DNA of 64,000 nucleotides from an uncultured archaeon (GCA_938083505.1 CALKCF010000004.1:93630-157629), one strand, 5' to 3'. Shown: positions 29,896 through 40,732, numbered from the stretch's first letter. Program-made: numbers and translations. The notes: generated by a model not told the origin, from the letters alone.

Positions 29896-30459
29896 GTGTT
29901 CGTCGACATGAACGAGGTTAAGAAAATAGTGAAGGAATCCACTGTTGCCGAGATCGTATCAGTCAGTGGTGGAGTAATTGCTGGGATTACGCTCTCAGCC
30001 ATGACAGGTATAATAAAGGAGATACCTGGGGTAATGGTTGCTATACCAGCGTTCTTAAACATGAGAGGTGCTGTCTTCACCTCCTTTGGTGCGAGAATAT
30101 CTACATGGTTACACCTTGGTGAGCTCAAGCCAGTCTACAGAATAAAGGGTTTGGCCCTGGAGGAAGTTGCTGCATCCTTCGTGCTGGGCGTCTCGCAGTC
30201 TATATTGATAGGCTTTCTCGCTTATATTGTCTCCTTCTTCATGGGTGCCATACCGTCCCTGCCTATACTCCTAGGGCTTTTTACCATAGCAGGCGCCCTG
30301 TCGAACATCATACTGATTACGATAACGTACTACTCAGACATCTTCTTATATAAAAGGGGGATAGATCCAGAGAATGTTATAGGTCCGTACATAACAACCG
30401 TCGGCGATACCATAGGCCTTCTTTGTATAATCTTAGCCTATGCGGTGATTATCCCATGA
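29896..30459 (+). CDS. MgtE/SLC41-type membrane domain protein
   Basis: PAFLNMRG and GIDPENVIGPYITTVGD motifs. Confidence 0.85.
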   Translation: MFVDMNEVKKIVKESTVAEIVSVSGGVIAGITLSAMTGIIKEIPGVMVAIPAFLNMRGAVFTSFGARISTWLHLGELKPVYRIKGLALEEVAASFVLGVSQSILIGFLAYIVSFFMGAIPSLPILLGLFTIAGALSNIILITITYYSDIFLYKRGIDPENVIGPYITTVGDTIGLLCIILAYAVIIP

Positions 30460-31016
30460 GAATAGTCTTCTGGAAGGTTCTGAAGGAGGGAAGGATATCC
30501 TTGACTTTAGCTGCAATCGTCGAGATATTTGCTGGAACTATTTTAGAGATTCATCTTGAGTCCCTTATAGCTCTACCGATACTGCTTGCGATCATACCAC
30601 CACTAAATGACATGGTAGGTGACCTTGGAACGATAATTGTTGCAAGGTTAAACACGTCGTTTTATCTCGGTACCGTTGATCCAAGGATCCTTAAGAATAA
30701 AGGAATGAGAGTAAACTACACGGCTCTATCTCTTGTCAGCGTCATAGTGTGTTTATACATAAGTATTGTAATGTTGTCTATCTATGCTTTCCCATATGTA
30801 AACCTATCCATAATCGCTACAGTCTTTCAGGTAGTGTTAATAGCTGGAATAATCGCCGTCTCCATTACGCTCTTTCTAGGCATGCTTCTATCGACTATCA
30901 GCTTTAGAAGAGGCCATGACCCAAACGTCATGGTGATGCCCATCATCACAGTCATAGGGGATTTTTTAGGCATCATGAGTATCGTACTCGTTGCCAAAAT
31001 GCTTTCTCTAGCTTAG
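30456..31016 (+). CDS. MgtE/SLC41-type membrane domain protein (second half-transporter)
   Basis: PPLNDMVGD, GHDPNVMVMPIITVIGD; ATGA overlap with upstream gene. Confidence 0.85.
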   Translation: MRIVFWKVLKEGRISLTLAAIVEIFAGTILEIHLESLIALPILLAIIPPLNDMVGDLGTIIVARLNTSFYLGTVDPRILKNKGMRVNYTALSLVSVIVCLYISIVMLSIYAFPYVNLSIIATVFQVVLIAGIIAVSITLFLGMLLSTISFRRGHDPNVMVMPIITVIGDFLGIMSIVLVAKMLSLA

Positions 31017-31308
31017 CTAACCTCAGCAATTCGAATTTCTTAATGAAAAATTCAGGCCCCTCCAGAAGAGTCTGTCTACAAAATATGTTAATCCTAAGAA
31101 ATTTCTGAGAAACATTGCTTCCTATGATGGTAAGTTAATGAAGTGCGAAAATAAGTTTTTAGTCATGTTGGTTATTCAGATCCAAGAAATCAGTTTCTCC
31201 CCGAATGTTCTTTATATAATTACATGTTTTCACACCCTTTATAAATGGACGACATTAAATTATATATCGAGCTTTCAATGATAAAGATAGTGAGGTTAGG
31301 AGGTACAG

Positions 31309-32535
31309 TTGTCTAAAGCCTCCAAACAACGAAAGTTAAAGCCTACAAATTTGAAAGATATATTAATTCAGATGAAGGATACCTCAGAATTGATGCTGGA
31401 CCTTGCCTTCTCTACGATACTCTTTGAGGAGGACTATTTTGCAGAAGAGGTCCTTGAGTTGGAAAAGGAAATGACAGAGTTATGCTTCAAAGCAAGAGAA
31501 GTCGTTATGATGGCATCGAAGGGCATAAAAGAGGTTGAGAGTCTATCAGCAATCCTTCAAATAATTCAAGCTGCTGAAAAGTTCAGCAACGCTGCTGTTG
31601 AGATTGCGACGATAGAACTTAGGGATATTGGTCTTCCAAAAACGTTCTTCAGGACAATGCACCTAATTGAGGAAACGATAACGTCCTTAATCGTGCCTGA
31701 AAATTCAGCTGCCATTGGAAAACGACTGGATTATATAGAGAAGGAAACAGGTATGCAGATAATCACGATGAAAAGGGATAATCAGTGGCTGATAAAGCCC
31801 GATGGTAAAATAACCTTGAAGGTGGGCGATAGGCTGATAGCAAAAGGACCATTCGAGGCCCTTTCCAATTTTGAGATTTTCATATTGGGTAAGCACGTAA
31901 TGATGCCAAGCATATCGGAGTTAATGGAACCTGAATCCCAAAGGAAGATACGTGAAATGTTGGTTGAGATGATGAACCTTTCACAACTTTCTGTTGACCT
32001 TGCATATTCTTCAACGATATTTTATAGTAAAGAGATAGCCGAAGAAGTGTTAAAAGTGGAGGAAAAGATGGACTATATGCAGGAAGCTGTAGAGCATGAG
32101 ATTCTGCTTTTTGCGAAAGTTACCGATAATGTAAAGCTTCTAAAAGGGTTGCTGAGGCTTGCTTGGGCATTAGAGACCATAGCCGATGCTAGCGTTGAGA
32201 TGGCGAACGTCGTACTGAGCAATATAGCTCTGCATCCGGTATTTGTGTTGGCAATGGGAGAAAGCGATGAAGTGATAAGTAAGATAGAAGTTAAGCCGAA
32301 TAGCAAGCTGGACAGGCTGACGATTACAGAGTGTGGGCTTCAGTCTAATATGGGAATTCAGATAGTGACCATAAGGAAGGCACTCACGGGTAATTGGGAG
32401 TACTATCCAAAGGGAGATAGTAAGATAGAAGCAGGCGACGTTCTTATAATAAAGGGTAGCAGGGAGGCGATTGAATCCTTTATTAACTTAACCACAACAG
32501 AAGAGAGTGTTCCGAATGAATCCAGACAAGTTTAA
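31309..32535 (+). CDS. Tandem PhoU + TrkA-C (RCK_C) domain protein
   Basis: Two repeats of MKDTSELMLDLAFS / MMNLSQLSVDLAYS, each followed by an RCK_C-like domain. Confidence 0.85.
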   Translation: MSKASKQRKLKPTNLKDILIQMKDTSELMLDLAFSTILFEEDYFAEEVLELEKEMTELCFKAREVVMMASKGIKEVESLSAILQIIQAAEKFSNAAVEIATIELRDIGLPKTFFRTMHLIEETITSLIVPENSAAIGKRLDYIEKETGMQIITMKRDNQWLIKPDGKITLKVGDRLIAKGPFEALSNFEIFILGKHVMMPSISELMEPESQRKIREMLVEMMNLSQLSVDLAYSSTIFYSKEIAEEVLKVEEKMDYMQEAVEHEILLFAKVTDNVKLLKGLLRLAWALETIADASVEMANVVLSNIALHPVFVLAMGESDEVISKIEVKPNSKLDRLTITECGLQSNMGIQIVTIRKALTGNWEYYPKGDSKIEAGDVLIIKGSREAIESFINLTTTEESVPNESRQV

Positions 32536-33037
32536 TCTGATTGTGACAACTTTAAGGGGTATGGAATCGATCTCGGCGTCTGAGTTAGTAGACATACTAA
32601 AACGCATGGGTGACCCATCCCCTAAAGTCGAGCAGACCAGGGTCTCAGGGGTTCTAACGGCCAAAACTTCTCTAAATCCCGTCAATTTGGTCGAGAGGTT
32701 GAAGGATATCACCGAAAAGGAGCCATGGTTTGTTAGAAATATACAAAGGGTCATACCTGTCAATGAGGTTGTCGAAACGAACGCTGAAAGGATAGCTGAC
32801 GTTGCATCTAAACTTGCCCAAATCATACCTGAGGACCATACCTTCAGAATCACCGTAGAAAAGAGGCACACGCAACTTTCGAGTAAAGAGGTAATAGAAG
32901 CAGTGGCCGCCAAAATTAACAGAAAGGTCAACTTAGAGAACCCTGATTGGGTCGTTCTAATCGAAATTCTGGGCGGCTTAACGGGCGTATCTGTAATTAA
33001 GCCGGACCAAATATTCAGTGCCTCAAAGCACAGCTAG
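32516..33037 (+). CDS. THUMP-domain RNA-binding protein
   Basis: TFRITVEKR, KVNLENPDWVVLIEILG. Confidence 0.9.
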   Translation: MNPDKFNLIVTTLRGMESISASELVDILKRMGDPSPKVEQTRVSGVLTAKTSLNPVNLVERLKDITEKEPWFVRNIQRVIPVNEVVETNAERIADVASKLAQIIPEDHTFRITVEKRHTQLSSKEVIEAVAAKINRKVNLENPDWVVLIEILGGLTGVSVIKPDQIFSASKHS

Positions 33038-33038
33038 T

Positions 33039-33965
33039 TTAGCCAATATAGCTTCTTGCTATCCTTAACGCTTTCCTCACAACATCGGTAGCCGACTTAC
33101 CGAAGACGTACGTCATGGGTTCTAAGCCAACACCTCCTTTATCAAATACAATATCCAGCTCGCCATATTTTTTGAAAGCTGCAGTAACTGCATCTATCAC
33201 AGCCTCTTCGTCGCTCACGTCTCCCTTTTCCGTATAGGCTACATTCATTCCTAATTTCTTGGCCGCAAGTTCGACACCTTCATCACATTTTATATTCATA
33301 ACAGCTCTAACCTCATTCTTAACTGTTCTAACTCGTAGAAGTACCCTTGCCATATGTTTTGAGGCGCCAAACTCAGGCCTACTCATGGGCTTTGGTCGGT
33401 CTTTTAGGGCAATGATCCTTCCTGGTATGGCAGCAACGTCCGTTTCGGATCTGGCATCCTTCAACGACACGGCTATGTTGACCGCTACCTCAGGTATCAA
33501 CTTCACAAAGTAGCTTGAGCCTTCCAGCATATAGAGTGCGTGCTCTAAATCTCTTAACACCTCAATGTGTTCGACAGATGGATATGTTGGAGCTTTGAGA
33601 CATACATGACATTCGCTCAATGAGGGATACATATTCCTATGATATTTACAGAGTAAGCCCTTTGAAAGTATTTCTTTCCAAAAGGCATAAAATATCTCGT
33701 TTGCCTTTACCGCACCTTCCAATATATCGTTGGAGATGAGCTTTACAAGATTATCCACCTCATCTAAAGGTATGCCTATAGACTGAAGCCTCTTCTTGTA
33801 ATAGTTGGCATCTTTTGATAGGTACAGACTAACGGCCGCTTGTGTTATTCCGAGAAGGGCAGCTATCCTTGACTGGCTCATCCCACCTTTCCTGAGCTCA
33901 AGCGCAACCAGACCTCTCATTGCTGGTAAAAACTCACGAATCATTATCTCGCATGGAGGGAACAT
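33039..33965 (-). CDS. HTH + ThiN-domain protein (ThiR-like thiamine regulator)
   Basis: PPCE...SQSRIAALLGITQAAVSLYL HTH; IPEVAVN, PEFGASKHMA, GLEP. Confidence 0.85.
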   Translation of the reverse strand: MFPPCEIMIREFLPAMRGLVALELRKGGMSQSRIAALLGITQAAVSLYLSKDANYYKKRLQSIGIPLDEVDNLVKLISNDILEGAVKANEIFYAFWKEILSKGLLCKYHRNMYPSLSECHVCLKAPTYPSVEHIEVLRDLEHALYMLEGSSYFVKLIPEVAVNIAVSLKDARSETDVAAIPGRIIALKDRPKPMSRPEFGASKHMARVLLRVRTVKNEVRAVMNIKCDEGVELAAKKLGMNVAYTEKGDVSDEEAVIDAVTAAFKKYGELDIVFDKGGVGLEPMTYVFGKSATDVVRKALRIARSYIG

Positions 33966-34072
33966 TTCGTCCTGATATTGTTATGGTTGCAGTAGTTTAT
34001 AACCTTCTGTTTAGAAACAGTAAATGTATTTGTCTGACTATTCTTCTGTCTTTTTATGAAGGCTGAGATGCT

Positions 34073-35116
34073 TTGGTCCACACAATGTGGCTTCCAAATA
34101 TAATAATTATCGGAAGAGGTTTGAAGGATAAGGTCGCCGAGGTCGCGCTTACAGCATCAAACGGTCAGCCGGTACTCATCGTTACGGGAAAGACCGCCTA
34201 CAGTATATATGGGCGCACGGTTTCCGAAGCGATAGGAGAAAGAATCGATATTGAAGTTCACCAAGTTGGGGCAGATTTTTCCCAGGAGTTAAAAATTATC
34301 CACACGATTCTCTCTAAAAAAAGGTTTGGCGCAGTCGTAGGAATAGGTGGTGGTAAGGTAATAGACATATCCAAAGCGTCAGCACATAAGGCGGGTGTGA
34401 GATTTGTGAGCGTTCCGACGGTTGCATCTCACGATGGCATAGCAAGCCCTATGGCCTCTGTGATGGACAGCAGTCAACTATATTCTATAATGGTGAGTAT
34501 GCCGTTTGCTATAGTAGCAGATATAGACACCATAGAAAAGGCTCCGCATAGGTACGTAGCAAGCGGCTGTGGGGACCTTGTAGCTAAATATACAGCAGTC
34601 AGGGACTGGAAGTTAAGCCATAAGATTACCGGTGAGTACTTCGGCGATTACGCTGCAAGCCTCGCATACATGAGCGCAGAGATAATTTTCAAGAATGCAA
34701 AAAAGATAGGTAGAAGAGAACAGGACAGCATCAGGACGGTTGTCGAGGCCCTGATAAGCGCAGGTGTAGCGATGGGAATAGCTGGAAGTAGTAGGCCATG
34801 TAGCGGCTCTGAGCATTTGATAAGTCACGCATTAAGTCGTTTGATGGAAGAGCCACCGTTACACGGTGAAAGGTGCGGAGTTTCTACGATATTTGCGGCG
34901 TTTGCGCAGAAAGCCGCATGGAAAAAGGTCAAATCTGCTCTATCTTCAGTCGGTGCTCCTTCAAATTTGTCGGAATTAGGAGTTGATGAGCAGACGTTTG
35001 TGAAGGCAGTTGTCATGGCGCCGGACATAAGGCCAGATAGATATACAATTCTCCATAAATTAAGGCTGACTGAGTCAGATGTAAGGCAAATGCTTAGGGA
35101 CGCTGAACTTAACTAA
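34073..35116 (+). CDS. egsA: sn-glycerol-1-phosphate dehydrogenase
   Basis: GGGKVIDISK, PTVASHDGIAS, SRPCSGSEHLISH, LHGE. Confidence 0.95.
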   Translation: MVHTMWLPNIIIIGRGLKDKVAEVALTASNGQPVLIVTGKTAYSIYGRTVSEAIGERIDIEVHQVGADFSQELKIIHTILSKKRFGAVVGIGGGKVIDISKASAHKAGVRFVSVPTVASHDGIASPMASVMDSSQLYSIMVSMPFAIVADIDTIEKAPHRYVASGCGDLVAKYTAVRDWKLSHKITGEYFGDYAASLAYMSAEIIFKNAKKIGRREQDSIRTVVEALISAGVAMGIAGSSRPCSGSEHLISHALSRLMEEPPLHGERCGVSTIFAAFAQKAAWKKVKSALSSVGAPSNLSELGVDEQTFVKAVVMAPDIRPDRYTILHKLRLTESDVRQMLRDAELN

Positions 35117-35718
35117 AGTTTCAGCTTTGCGTAAACTTCCTTCAGGTTCTGCTCAACCTTTTCCTTTATCTGTTCATAGTAGTTGTTTCCTTTGGAATCT
35201 ATGATAACGAATAGTGGTCCGAATTCTTCTACCTCCATGACCCATAGGGCTTCAGGAACGCCTAAATCTAGCCAATGAACGCCTGCAACCCTTCGGATGC
35301 CTTTTGCACCTAACGCACCAGCGCCTCCAGTGAATATTGTGTAAACCGCGCCGAACTTCTTACAAGCCTCTGTCGTGCGCTTTCCCATACCACCCTTTCC
35401 GATGATTACCCTCACTCCCGACTTTTCTATGAAATCGTACTCATATGCTTCTATCCTGGTACTTGTTGTAGGTCCTGCGGAGACGATCTCCCATTCGCCG
35501 TCTTTTTTCTTGACTATCGGACCCATATGATATATCGCACCACCTCTGAAATCCACCGGTGGCCCCTCTCCCTTTGCTATGAGCTCCAACGACCTTTTGT
35601 GGCCCGCATCCCTCAATGTGTAAACGGTTCCAGTAATGTATATTATATCGCCGACCGAAAGCTTCCTGACTTCCTCCTCACTGATCGGTGTTTTTAACCT
35701 ATATTCTGTCACATTCAT
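35113..35718 (-). CDS. Fe-S fumarate/tartrate hydratase beta subunit
   Basis: RDAGH, GPTTSTR, IGKGGM, LGVPEA. Confidence 0.93.
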   Translation of the reverse strand: MNVTEYRLKTPISEEEVRKLSVGDIIYITGTVYTLRDAGHKRSLELIAKGEGPPVDFRGGAIYHMGPIVKKKDGEWEIVSAGPTTSTRIEAYEYDFIEKSGVRVIIGKGGMGKRTTEACKKFGAVYTIFTGGAGALGAKGIRRVAGVHWLDLGVPEALWVMEVEEFGPLFVIIDSKGNNYYEQIKEKVEQNLKEVYAKLKL

Positions 35719-36635
35719 CCCTCCTTTTCAAGAAAACTATGACTCGGATAAGTAACCTTTCCGTCTGCCGTAATTTTCATAGTAGCCCTTCTAGCAGCCC
35801 AGCAGAAAACCATGACGGAGATGGCATAAGTGGCAGGATGTCTCTCGGCCACCTCAACATGCACGTCCAATGCCGTAGGTCCGCCACCCATACCATGAAC
35901 CCCCCATCCTAAAGAGTTCACAGCTTCTAAGAGTTTCCTTTCGATCTCTGCGATTTTAGGATCAGGGTGCCTTTCACCTACAGGCCTAAGTAAACCTTTC
36001 TTAGCCATTTTTGCGGCTATCTCACCTGTAGCCCCTATACCAAGGGCTATTATGTTTGGTGGGCAAGTTCTGGGACCTGCTTCGAATGCTGTGTCCACTA
36101 CGGCCTTTAATGCACCTTCCAAACCTTCGGCGGGCGTAAGAACTTTCATCATGCTAACGGCCTCACTACCACCACCTTTAAGCATTACTGTTATCTCAGC
36201 CTCGTCAATGTCTGGAACGATCTCCCAGTCTATCCAAGGCAGGTAGTTGCCTACGTTGTTCCCAGTATTCTTACCAGTTATGACGTCAACGACGTTCGGC
36301 CTAAGGGGTATGAGTTCTGTGGCCTTGGCTGTGGCCTCACGTAATATTCTTGGGAGAGAGCCTATATATGGGAACCTCTCGCCGACTTTGACGTAGAAGA
36401 TGATTACACCCGTATCTTGACACAAAGGTCTTTTCTCCTTCTCAGCTATTTCAAGGTTGTCAAGGATTGCTCGGAGCATCTTCTTCGACAACTCACCCTT
36501 TTCTCTATTATATGCCTCCTCTAACGCATTTTTAACATCTCTCGGAAGGTATACAGCGGCAGCCGTCAAGAGCTTGATCGCAGCTTGCTTTATCTTCTCC
36601 TCAAATTCCTGATGAGATGTACTAACTTCGACCAA
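35715..36635 (-). CDS. Fe-S fumarate/tartrate hydratase alpha subunit
   Basis: PLCQDTG, KGGGSE, CPP, CWAARR. Confidence 0.93.
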   Translation of the reverse strand: MVEVSTSHQEFEEKIKQAAIKLLTAAAVYLPRDVKNALEEAYNREKGELSKKMLRAILDNLEIAEKEKRPLCQDTGVIIFYVKVGERFPYIGSLPRILREATAKATELIPLRPNVVDVITGKNTGNNVGNYLPWIDWEIVPDIDEAEITVMLKGGGSEAVSMMKVLTPAEGLEGALKAVVDTAFEAGPRTCPPNIIALGIGATGEIAAKMAKKGLLRPVGERHPDPKIAEIERKLLEAVNSLGWGVHGMGGGPTALDVHVEVAERHPATYAISVMVFCWAARRATMKITADGKVTYPSHSFLEKEG

Positions 36636-36808
36636 CTCTTATCAAAGTTGTGTTGAAAGCTTCTTATGTATATACTTTAGTTTTATTCTGAATAAAAACG
36701 TATTACAAAAAATGCACCGCTTTGTAAATGACGCTGTGCTATGAAGCAATGTAATATAGGCTCAAAGGGTCGTACACTATTTGCGTACTTCGATGAGTTA
36801 TTCGAGAT

Positions 36809-38017
36809 TTAAAGAAAGGTAGGTTCTGGCTCAAAGGTCGGCAATTTTGCTATTGTTTTGAGTTGCGATATGACCTTTTCTCTTATTTCTCTGGCTGTGG
36901 GTAATTCTGCCACAATTTTGCCTCGCTTTATCAAGGGCTTGAGCAGAGGTTTGACTGGTCTGTTGCATTTAGGACATATATCAAGCTCTTTCATCCACGG
37001 AACTATGATATCATGAAACATATCGCACCTATAGACTTGTTTCTTACCAGGAAGTTTGCCTTTTTTTGACCTGAGCTGACCATTCACTTCGACTATGTCG
37101 AGAGCGATGTCAACAGACGGGGGAAACGCTATCGACGTTCCTATACCAAAACCATCTACGAGGTTCGCTAATTCCTTAATCTCATTTTCGTCAATTCCAC
37201 CACTAACAAATATCTTAACGTTTTCATACCCTAAAAGCTTAAGTGTCCACTTGGTCTCCATTACTATCTTCCTCATATTCCCTCTTCGAGAGCTCGGTGT
37301 ATCAAGTCTAACACCAAATAACTTATCACCCAGATTCTCTGCTGCGAGCACTGCCTCTATCCTCTCATCGAACCATGTATCACAAAGTGCAATCCTAGGG
37401 ACCTCAGGAGGCATGACCTCGTCAAAAGCCTTCCAAGCCTTTACCTGGTCGCCGAATATTATTATCATAGCGTGTGGCATTGTTCCCATGGGCTTTTCGT
37501 TTATCATCTCAGCGCCCAGCACGCCCGAGACGGCGTCACAACCGCCTGTAAATGCTGATCTATCTACCATGGGCGATATTGCTGGATGGACACACCTTAT
37601 ACCGAAAAATAGTAACTTTTTATCGCCCGCCGCTAATCTGCACCTAGCTGCCTTGGTTACGATGCTTGTAGTGTGACGTAGGATCCCAAGGATCGCCGAC
37701 TCCATCTGTCCGAAAGATTCATAATTTCCCTCCAATCTCATAACAGGCTCCATCATCCTGAATATCGTCCCCTCTTCCATTGCATACACATCAACTTGCT
37801 TCTCTTCAAGAATATGAGCTACTTCCTCTATACCGCCCAAAGCTGCCCATTCATAACCTGCAGGTAATGAGTACGCGTGTGCTTCCATGGCTACTGAAAC
37901 GTTATCTAGCTTAAACTTCTTTATGACGTTGGTAGCCCTTTCAAAATAAACATCGGTAACTTTTCCTTCCTTTATGTCAGACTCGGGGGCTACGTAGAGC
38001 TTATGCAACACAATCAC
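36809..38017 (-). CDS. pncB: Nicotinate phosphoribosyltransferase
   Basis: TDVYF, GTMPHA, VRLDTPSSRRG, SGG. Confidence 0.92.
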   Translation of the reverse strand: MIVLHKLYVAPESDIKEGKVTDVYFERATNVIKKFKLDNVSVAMEAHAYSLPAGYEWAALGGIEEVAHILEEKQVDVYAMEEGTIFRMMEPVMRLEGNYESFGQMESAILGILRHTTSIVTKAARCRLAAGDKKLLFFGIRCVHPAISPMVDRSAFTGGCDAVSGVLGAEMINEKPMGTMPHAMIIIFGDQVKAWKAFDEVMPPEVPRIALCDTWFDERIEAVLAAENLGDKLFGVRLDTPSSRRGNMRKIVMETKWTLKLLGYENVKIFVSGGIDENEIKELANLVDGFGIGTSIAFPPSVDIALDIVEVNGQLRSKKGKLPGKKQVYRCDMFHDIIVPWMKELDICPKCNRPVKPLLKPLIKRGKIVAELPTAREIREKVISQLKTIAKLPTFEPEPTFL

Positions 38018-38019
38018 CG

Positions 38020-38628
38020 TTATGGTACGATTTCTAGTATATCAGAATGTGTCAACACGCCCTTATACAAAAACGATATCTGACGAAGGGCCGCCAACTG
38101 ATCGAACTCAGTGAGCGCAGATATACAATTAACTGGTAAGTAAACTCTGTAGAGGTTTAAGGCAGCAGAACCCGCAGTGTGTAGGACACAGATGTTAGCT
38201 ACTGTTCCTGTAATTATGACGTTCTTTATTCCCCTTATTCTAAGTATATGGTCCAGCGATGTTCCGAAGAATGCATCGTATCTTAATTTCTTTATAATCA
38301 CCTCACCCTCCATAGGTTTCAATTCTTCGGTTATCTCGGAACCCCATGTACCGGCGACCGCATGTTTCCCCCATATTGGAAATTCCGGATCGTCTTCTAA
38401 GTGCCAGTCTTGCGTGAATACAACCATGGCGCCGCTTTTCCTAGCCTTCTCTAGCAGGCGTTTTATGTTCGGAATAGTACGTTTTGCCGCCTCACCTACA
38501 TAGAGCTTTCCTTTTTCGTTCACAAAATCATTCTGCATATCAACAATTATCAAAGCAGAAGATTTTGCATCCAGACTGACTTTTTGCGGCTCAGGTATGC
38601 TCGGCACTTCAACCATTTTCATTAACAC
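38020..38628 (-). CDS. Nicotinamidase/isochorismatase family hydrolase
   Basis: IVDMQNDF, TQDWH, GTVANICV; adjacent to pncB. Confidence 0.9.
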   Translation of the reverse strand: MLMKMVEVPSIPEPQKVSLDAKSSALIIVDMQNDFVNEKGKLYVGEAAKRTIPNIKRLLEKARKSGAMVVFTQDWHLEDDPEFPIWGKHAVAGTWGSEITEELKPMEGEVIIKKLRYDAFFGTSLDHILRIRGIKNVIITGTVANICVLHTAGSAALNLYRVYLPVNCISALTEFDQLAALRQISFLYKGVLTHSDILEIVP

Positions 38629-38785
38629 TCACCACGTTAATGTATTTATAGATAGGGAGCGGTATCTCTTTAACTATTGTTTATAGGCAAAAAATTCATA
38701 CACTATATCATAATGTGCATGTTTTGCTGAATCCTTACAGAATAAATAAGGATAAAATTCGCCAATTTTAATAACTTTCAGGGAC

Positions 38786-38932
38786 ATGAAGAGAAAAGTG
38801 ATATACTATTGCCTTGAATGCAGGCGCTTTATAATGGAGGTTGAGCCAAGGGAAGAGTTGCCCGATAAATTACGCAACATATTCGATTCCCCAAAGCTTC
38901 ACGAAGGTCATAGACTTAGCAGGGTTCCGTAA
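38786..38932 (+). CDS. Small putative zinc-binding protein (48 aa; below the ORF-track cutoff)
   Basis: MKRKVIYYCLECRR...LHEGHRL: CxxC plus HxxH; TTTTAATA upstream. Confidence 0.6.
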   Translation: MKRKVIYYCLECRRFIMEVEPREELPDKLRNIFDSPKLHEGHRLSRVP

Positions 38933-38979
38933 AAGATGTGTTTATTTAGTCCTAAGCATAATAAATAGACGAGTACCTC

Positions 38980-39432
38980 ATGGAGATAAAGCAGATTGAT
39001 ATTTCAGAGAAGGTTCCTGAAAAGAGAATATCGATAGCCGCAGGCCGCATAAAGCTCAGGCCCGAAACCATGGAGCGCATAAAAAAGGGCGAGGTGGAGA
39101 AAGGTGATCCGCTTCAGGTGGCTAGGCTAGCCGGGATACAGGCAGCTAAACTCACACCCCTGCTCATGCCGTTATGTCATCAGCTCAAGCTAGAACACGT
39201 CGAGCTGGAATTTAGGCTTACCGACTCAACGGTGGAGGCGACTGCAAAGGTTACAGCCACTGAAAAAACTGGCGTGGAAATGGAGGCGCTTACCGCCCTG
39301 ACCGTCGCTTTGCTTAACATTTGGGATTTAGTTAAAACATACGAGAAAGATAAAAACGGTCAATATCCTGTTACAGAAATAACGGATGTCAGAGTTATCA
39401 GCAAGGTGAAGCAGCGTCTTGATGTCCCATGA
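38980..39432 (+). CDS. moaC: Cyclic pyranopterin monophosphate synthase
   Basis: KGD, LMPLCH, TGVEMEALT. Confidence 0.95.
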   Translation: MEIKQIDISEKVPEKRISIAAGRIKLRPETMERIKKGEVEKGDPLQVARLAGIQAAKLTPLLMPLCHQLKLEHVELEFRLTDSTVEATAKVTATEKTGVEMEALTALTVALLNIWDLVKTYEKDKNGQYPVTEITDVRVISKVKQRLDVP

Positions 39433-39943
39433 GCTTCATAGGGAAAAGGCACCAAAAAAGGTCAACGTAGCGATAGTAACTGTAAGTACTTCCAGATACG
39501 AGCAAAAGATGAGAGGTGAGAATTATACTGATGAATCTGGCGACGTCCTGACAAATGGTATGCTTGCTAAGGGCTATGAAGTAGTGTGCCGCGAGTTGAT
39601 TGCTGATGGTATTGGACAAGTAAGGTCAGCACTGCTCGCTTTGCTGAACAGAAGCGATGTAGATGTAGTAATATTTTGCGGTGGGACAGGAATAACAAAG
39701 TCTGACCTTACGATAGAGGCTGTGGAACCATACTTAGAAAAGAGGCTGGACGGATTTGCCGAACTTTTCCGCATGATAAGTTATCAGAAGGTAGGCCCTG
39801 CAGCGATGCTCTCTAGGGTTATGGCTGGTATAGCAAGGGAGAAGTTAATTGTCTGCGTACCAGGCTCACCTGACGCCGCGAAAACTGCCGTCGAGCTCCT
39901 TGCTAATGAGTTACCCCACATAGTTCACATGGCCAAAAGTTAA
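39419..39943 (+). CDS. moaB: Molybdopterin adenylyltransferase (MoaB/Mog)
   Basis: DESG, GGTG, AMLSR, PGS. Confidence 0.92.
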   Translation: MMSHELHREKAPKKVNVAIVTVSTSRYEQKMRGENYTDESGDVLTNGMLAKGYEVVCRELIADGIGQVRSALLALLNRSDVDVVIFCGGTGITKSDLTIEAVEPYLEKRLDGFAELFRMISYQKVGPAAMLSRVMAGIAREKLIVCVPGSPDAAKTAVELLANELPHIVHMAKS

Positions 39944-39949
39944 CTGGAC

Positions 39950-40732
39950 ATGAAGCTTATATTTCTCGGTACGGGTTCAATAATACCGACAACTGATAGA
40001 TTTTCTTCGGCAATACTTCTCGAAATAAGAAACGACAGGTTGTTATTGGACTGTGGTCCCGGAACCTTAGAAAAGCTTAGGAGAGTAAACATAGACCCAA
40101 ACACGATATCAAGAGTATTCTTAACACATTATCATATAGATCACGTACTCGACCTTCCAGCCATAGTGAAGCTTAGAGCATTTGACCGTTCTGGCGGCCC
40201 ATCCCCAAAACCTTTACATCTTAAGATTTACGGCCCATCAGGTCTAAAAACGTTAATAAACTATCTTTTTGAGGAAATACCACAATTCAGGTACCTCTCA
40301 GAAAACCTCTCATGCTTCAGGTATCTTGAATTGAAAGAAGTGACAAACGGTCTTGTTGAGGAAACTCCTACATGGTGCATAACATGCACATCGGTCAGAC
40401 ATTACAACGGCGTAGCGTACAAGATCGAAGCCGAGAGTAAGCGTGTAGTTTACTCGGGGGATACAATTCCGGATGAAAACCTAATAGAGCTTGCAAAAAA
40501 CACGGATGTTCTAATCCATGAGTGTTCATTTCCAGACGAGCAACTCCTGGGGCTCCATACTTCAGAAAAAGGATTAGCTGAAGTGGCCGCTAAAACGCGG
40601 CCAAGACTTTTAATAACCGTCCATCTCTATCCAGCGTGGGAAGGAAGAGAAGAAGAGCTAAAGGTATTGCTGGCTAAAGCATTCGGCGGAAGTGTCGTCA
40701 TACCTAAGGATCTTGAGAGTTACGAAATTTAA
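39950..40732 (+). CDS. MBL-fold hydrolase, RNase Z-like
   Basis: LGTG, LDCGPG, THYHIDH, YSGDT, HECSF. Confidence 0.85.
   Translation: MKLIFLGTGSIIPTTDRFSSAILLEIRNDRLLLDCGPGTLEKLRRVNIDPNTISRVFLTHYHIDHVLDLPAIVKLRAFDRSGGPSPKPLHLKIYGPSGLKTLINYLFEEIPQFRYLSENLSCFRYLELKEVTNGLVEETPTWCITCTSVRHYNGVAYKIEAESKRVVYSGDTIPDENLIELAKNTDVLIHECSFPDEQLLGLHTSEKGLAEVAAKTRPRLLITVHLYPAWEGREEELKVLLAKAFGGSVVIPKDLESYEI

Noticed and set aside
31066-31080. AGAAGAGTCT resembling the Saccharolobus SegB site as I recall it (also at the rps11 3' end)
   Set aside because: Short match expected by chance, one copy is coding, and neither is near the SegB-like gene
29896-32535. Split MgtE pair plus PhoU/TrkA-C gene as a new system
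   Set aside because: A recurrent, already recognised archaeal gene neighbourhood
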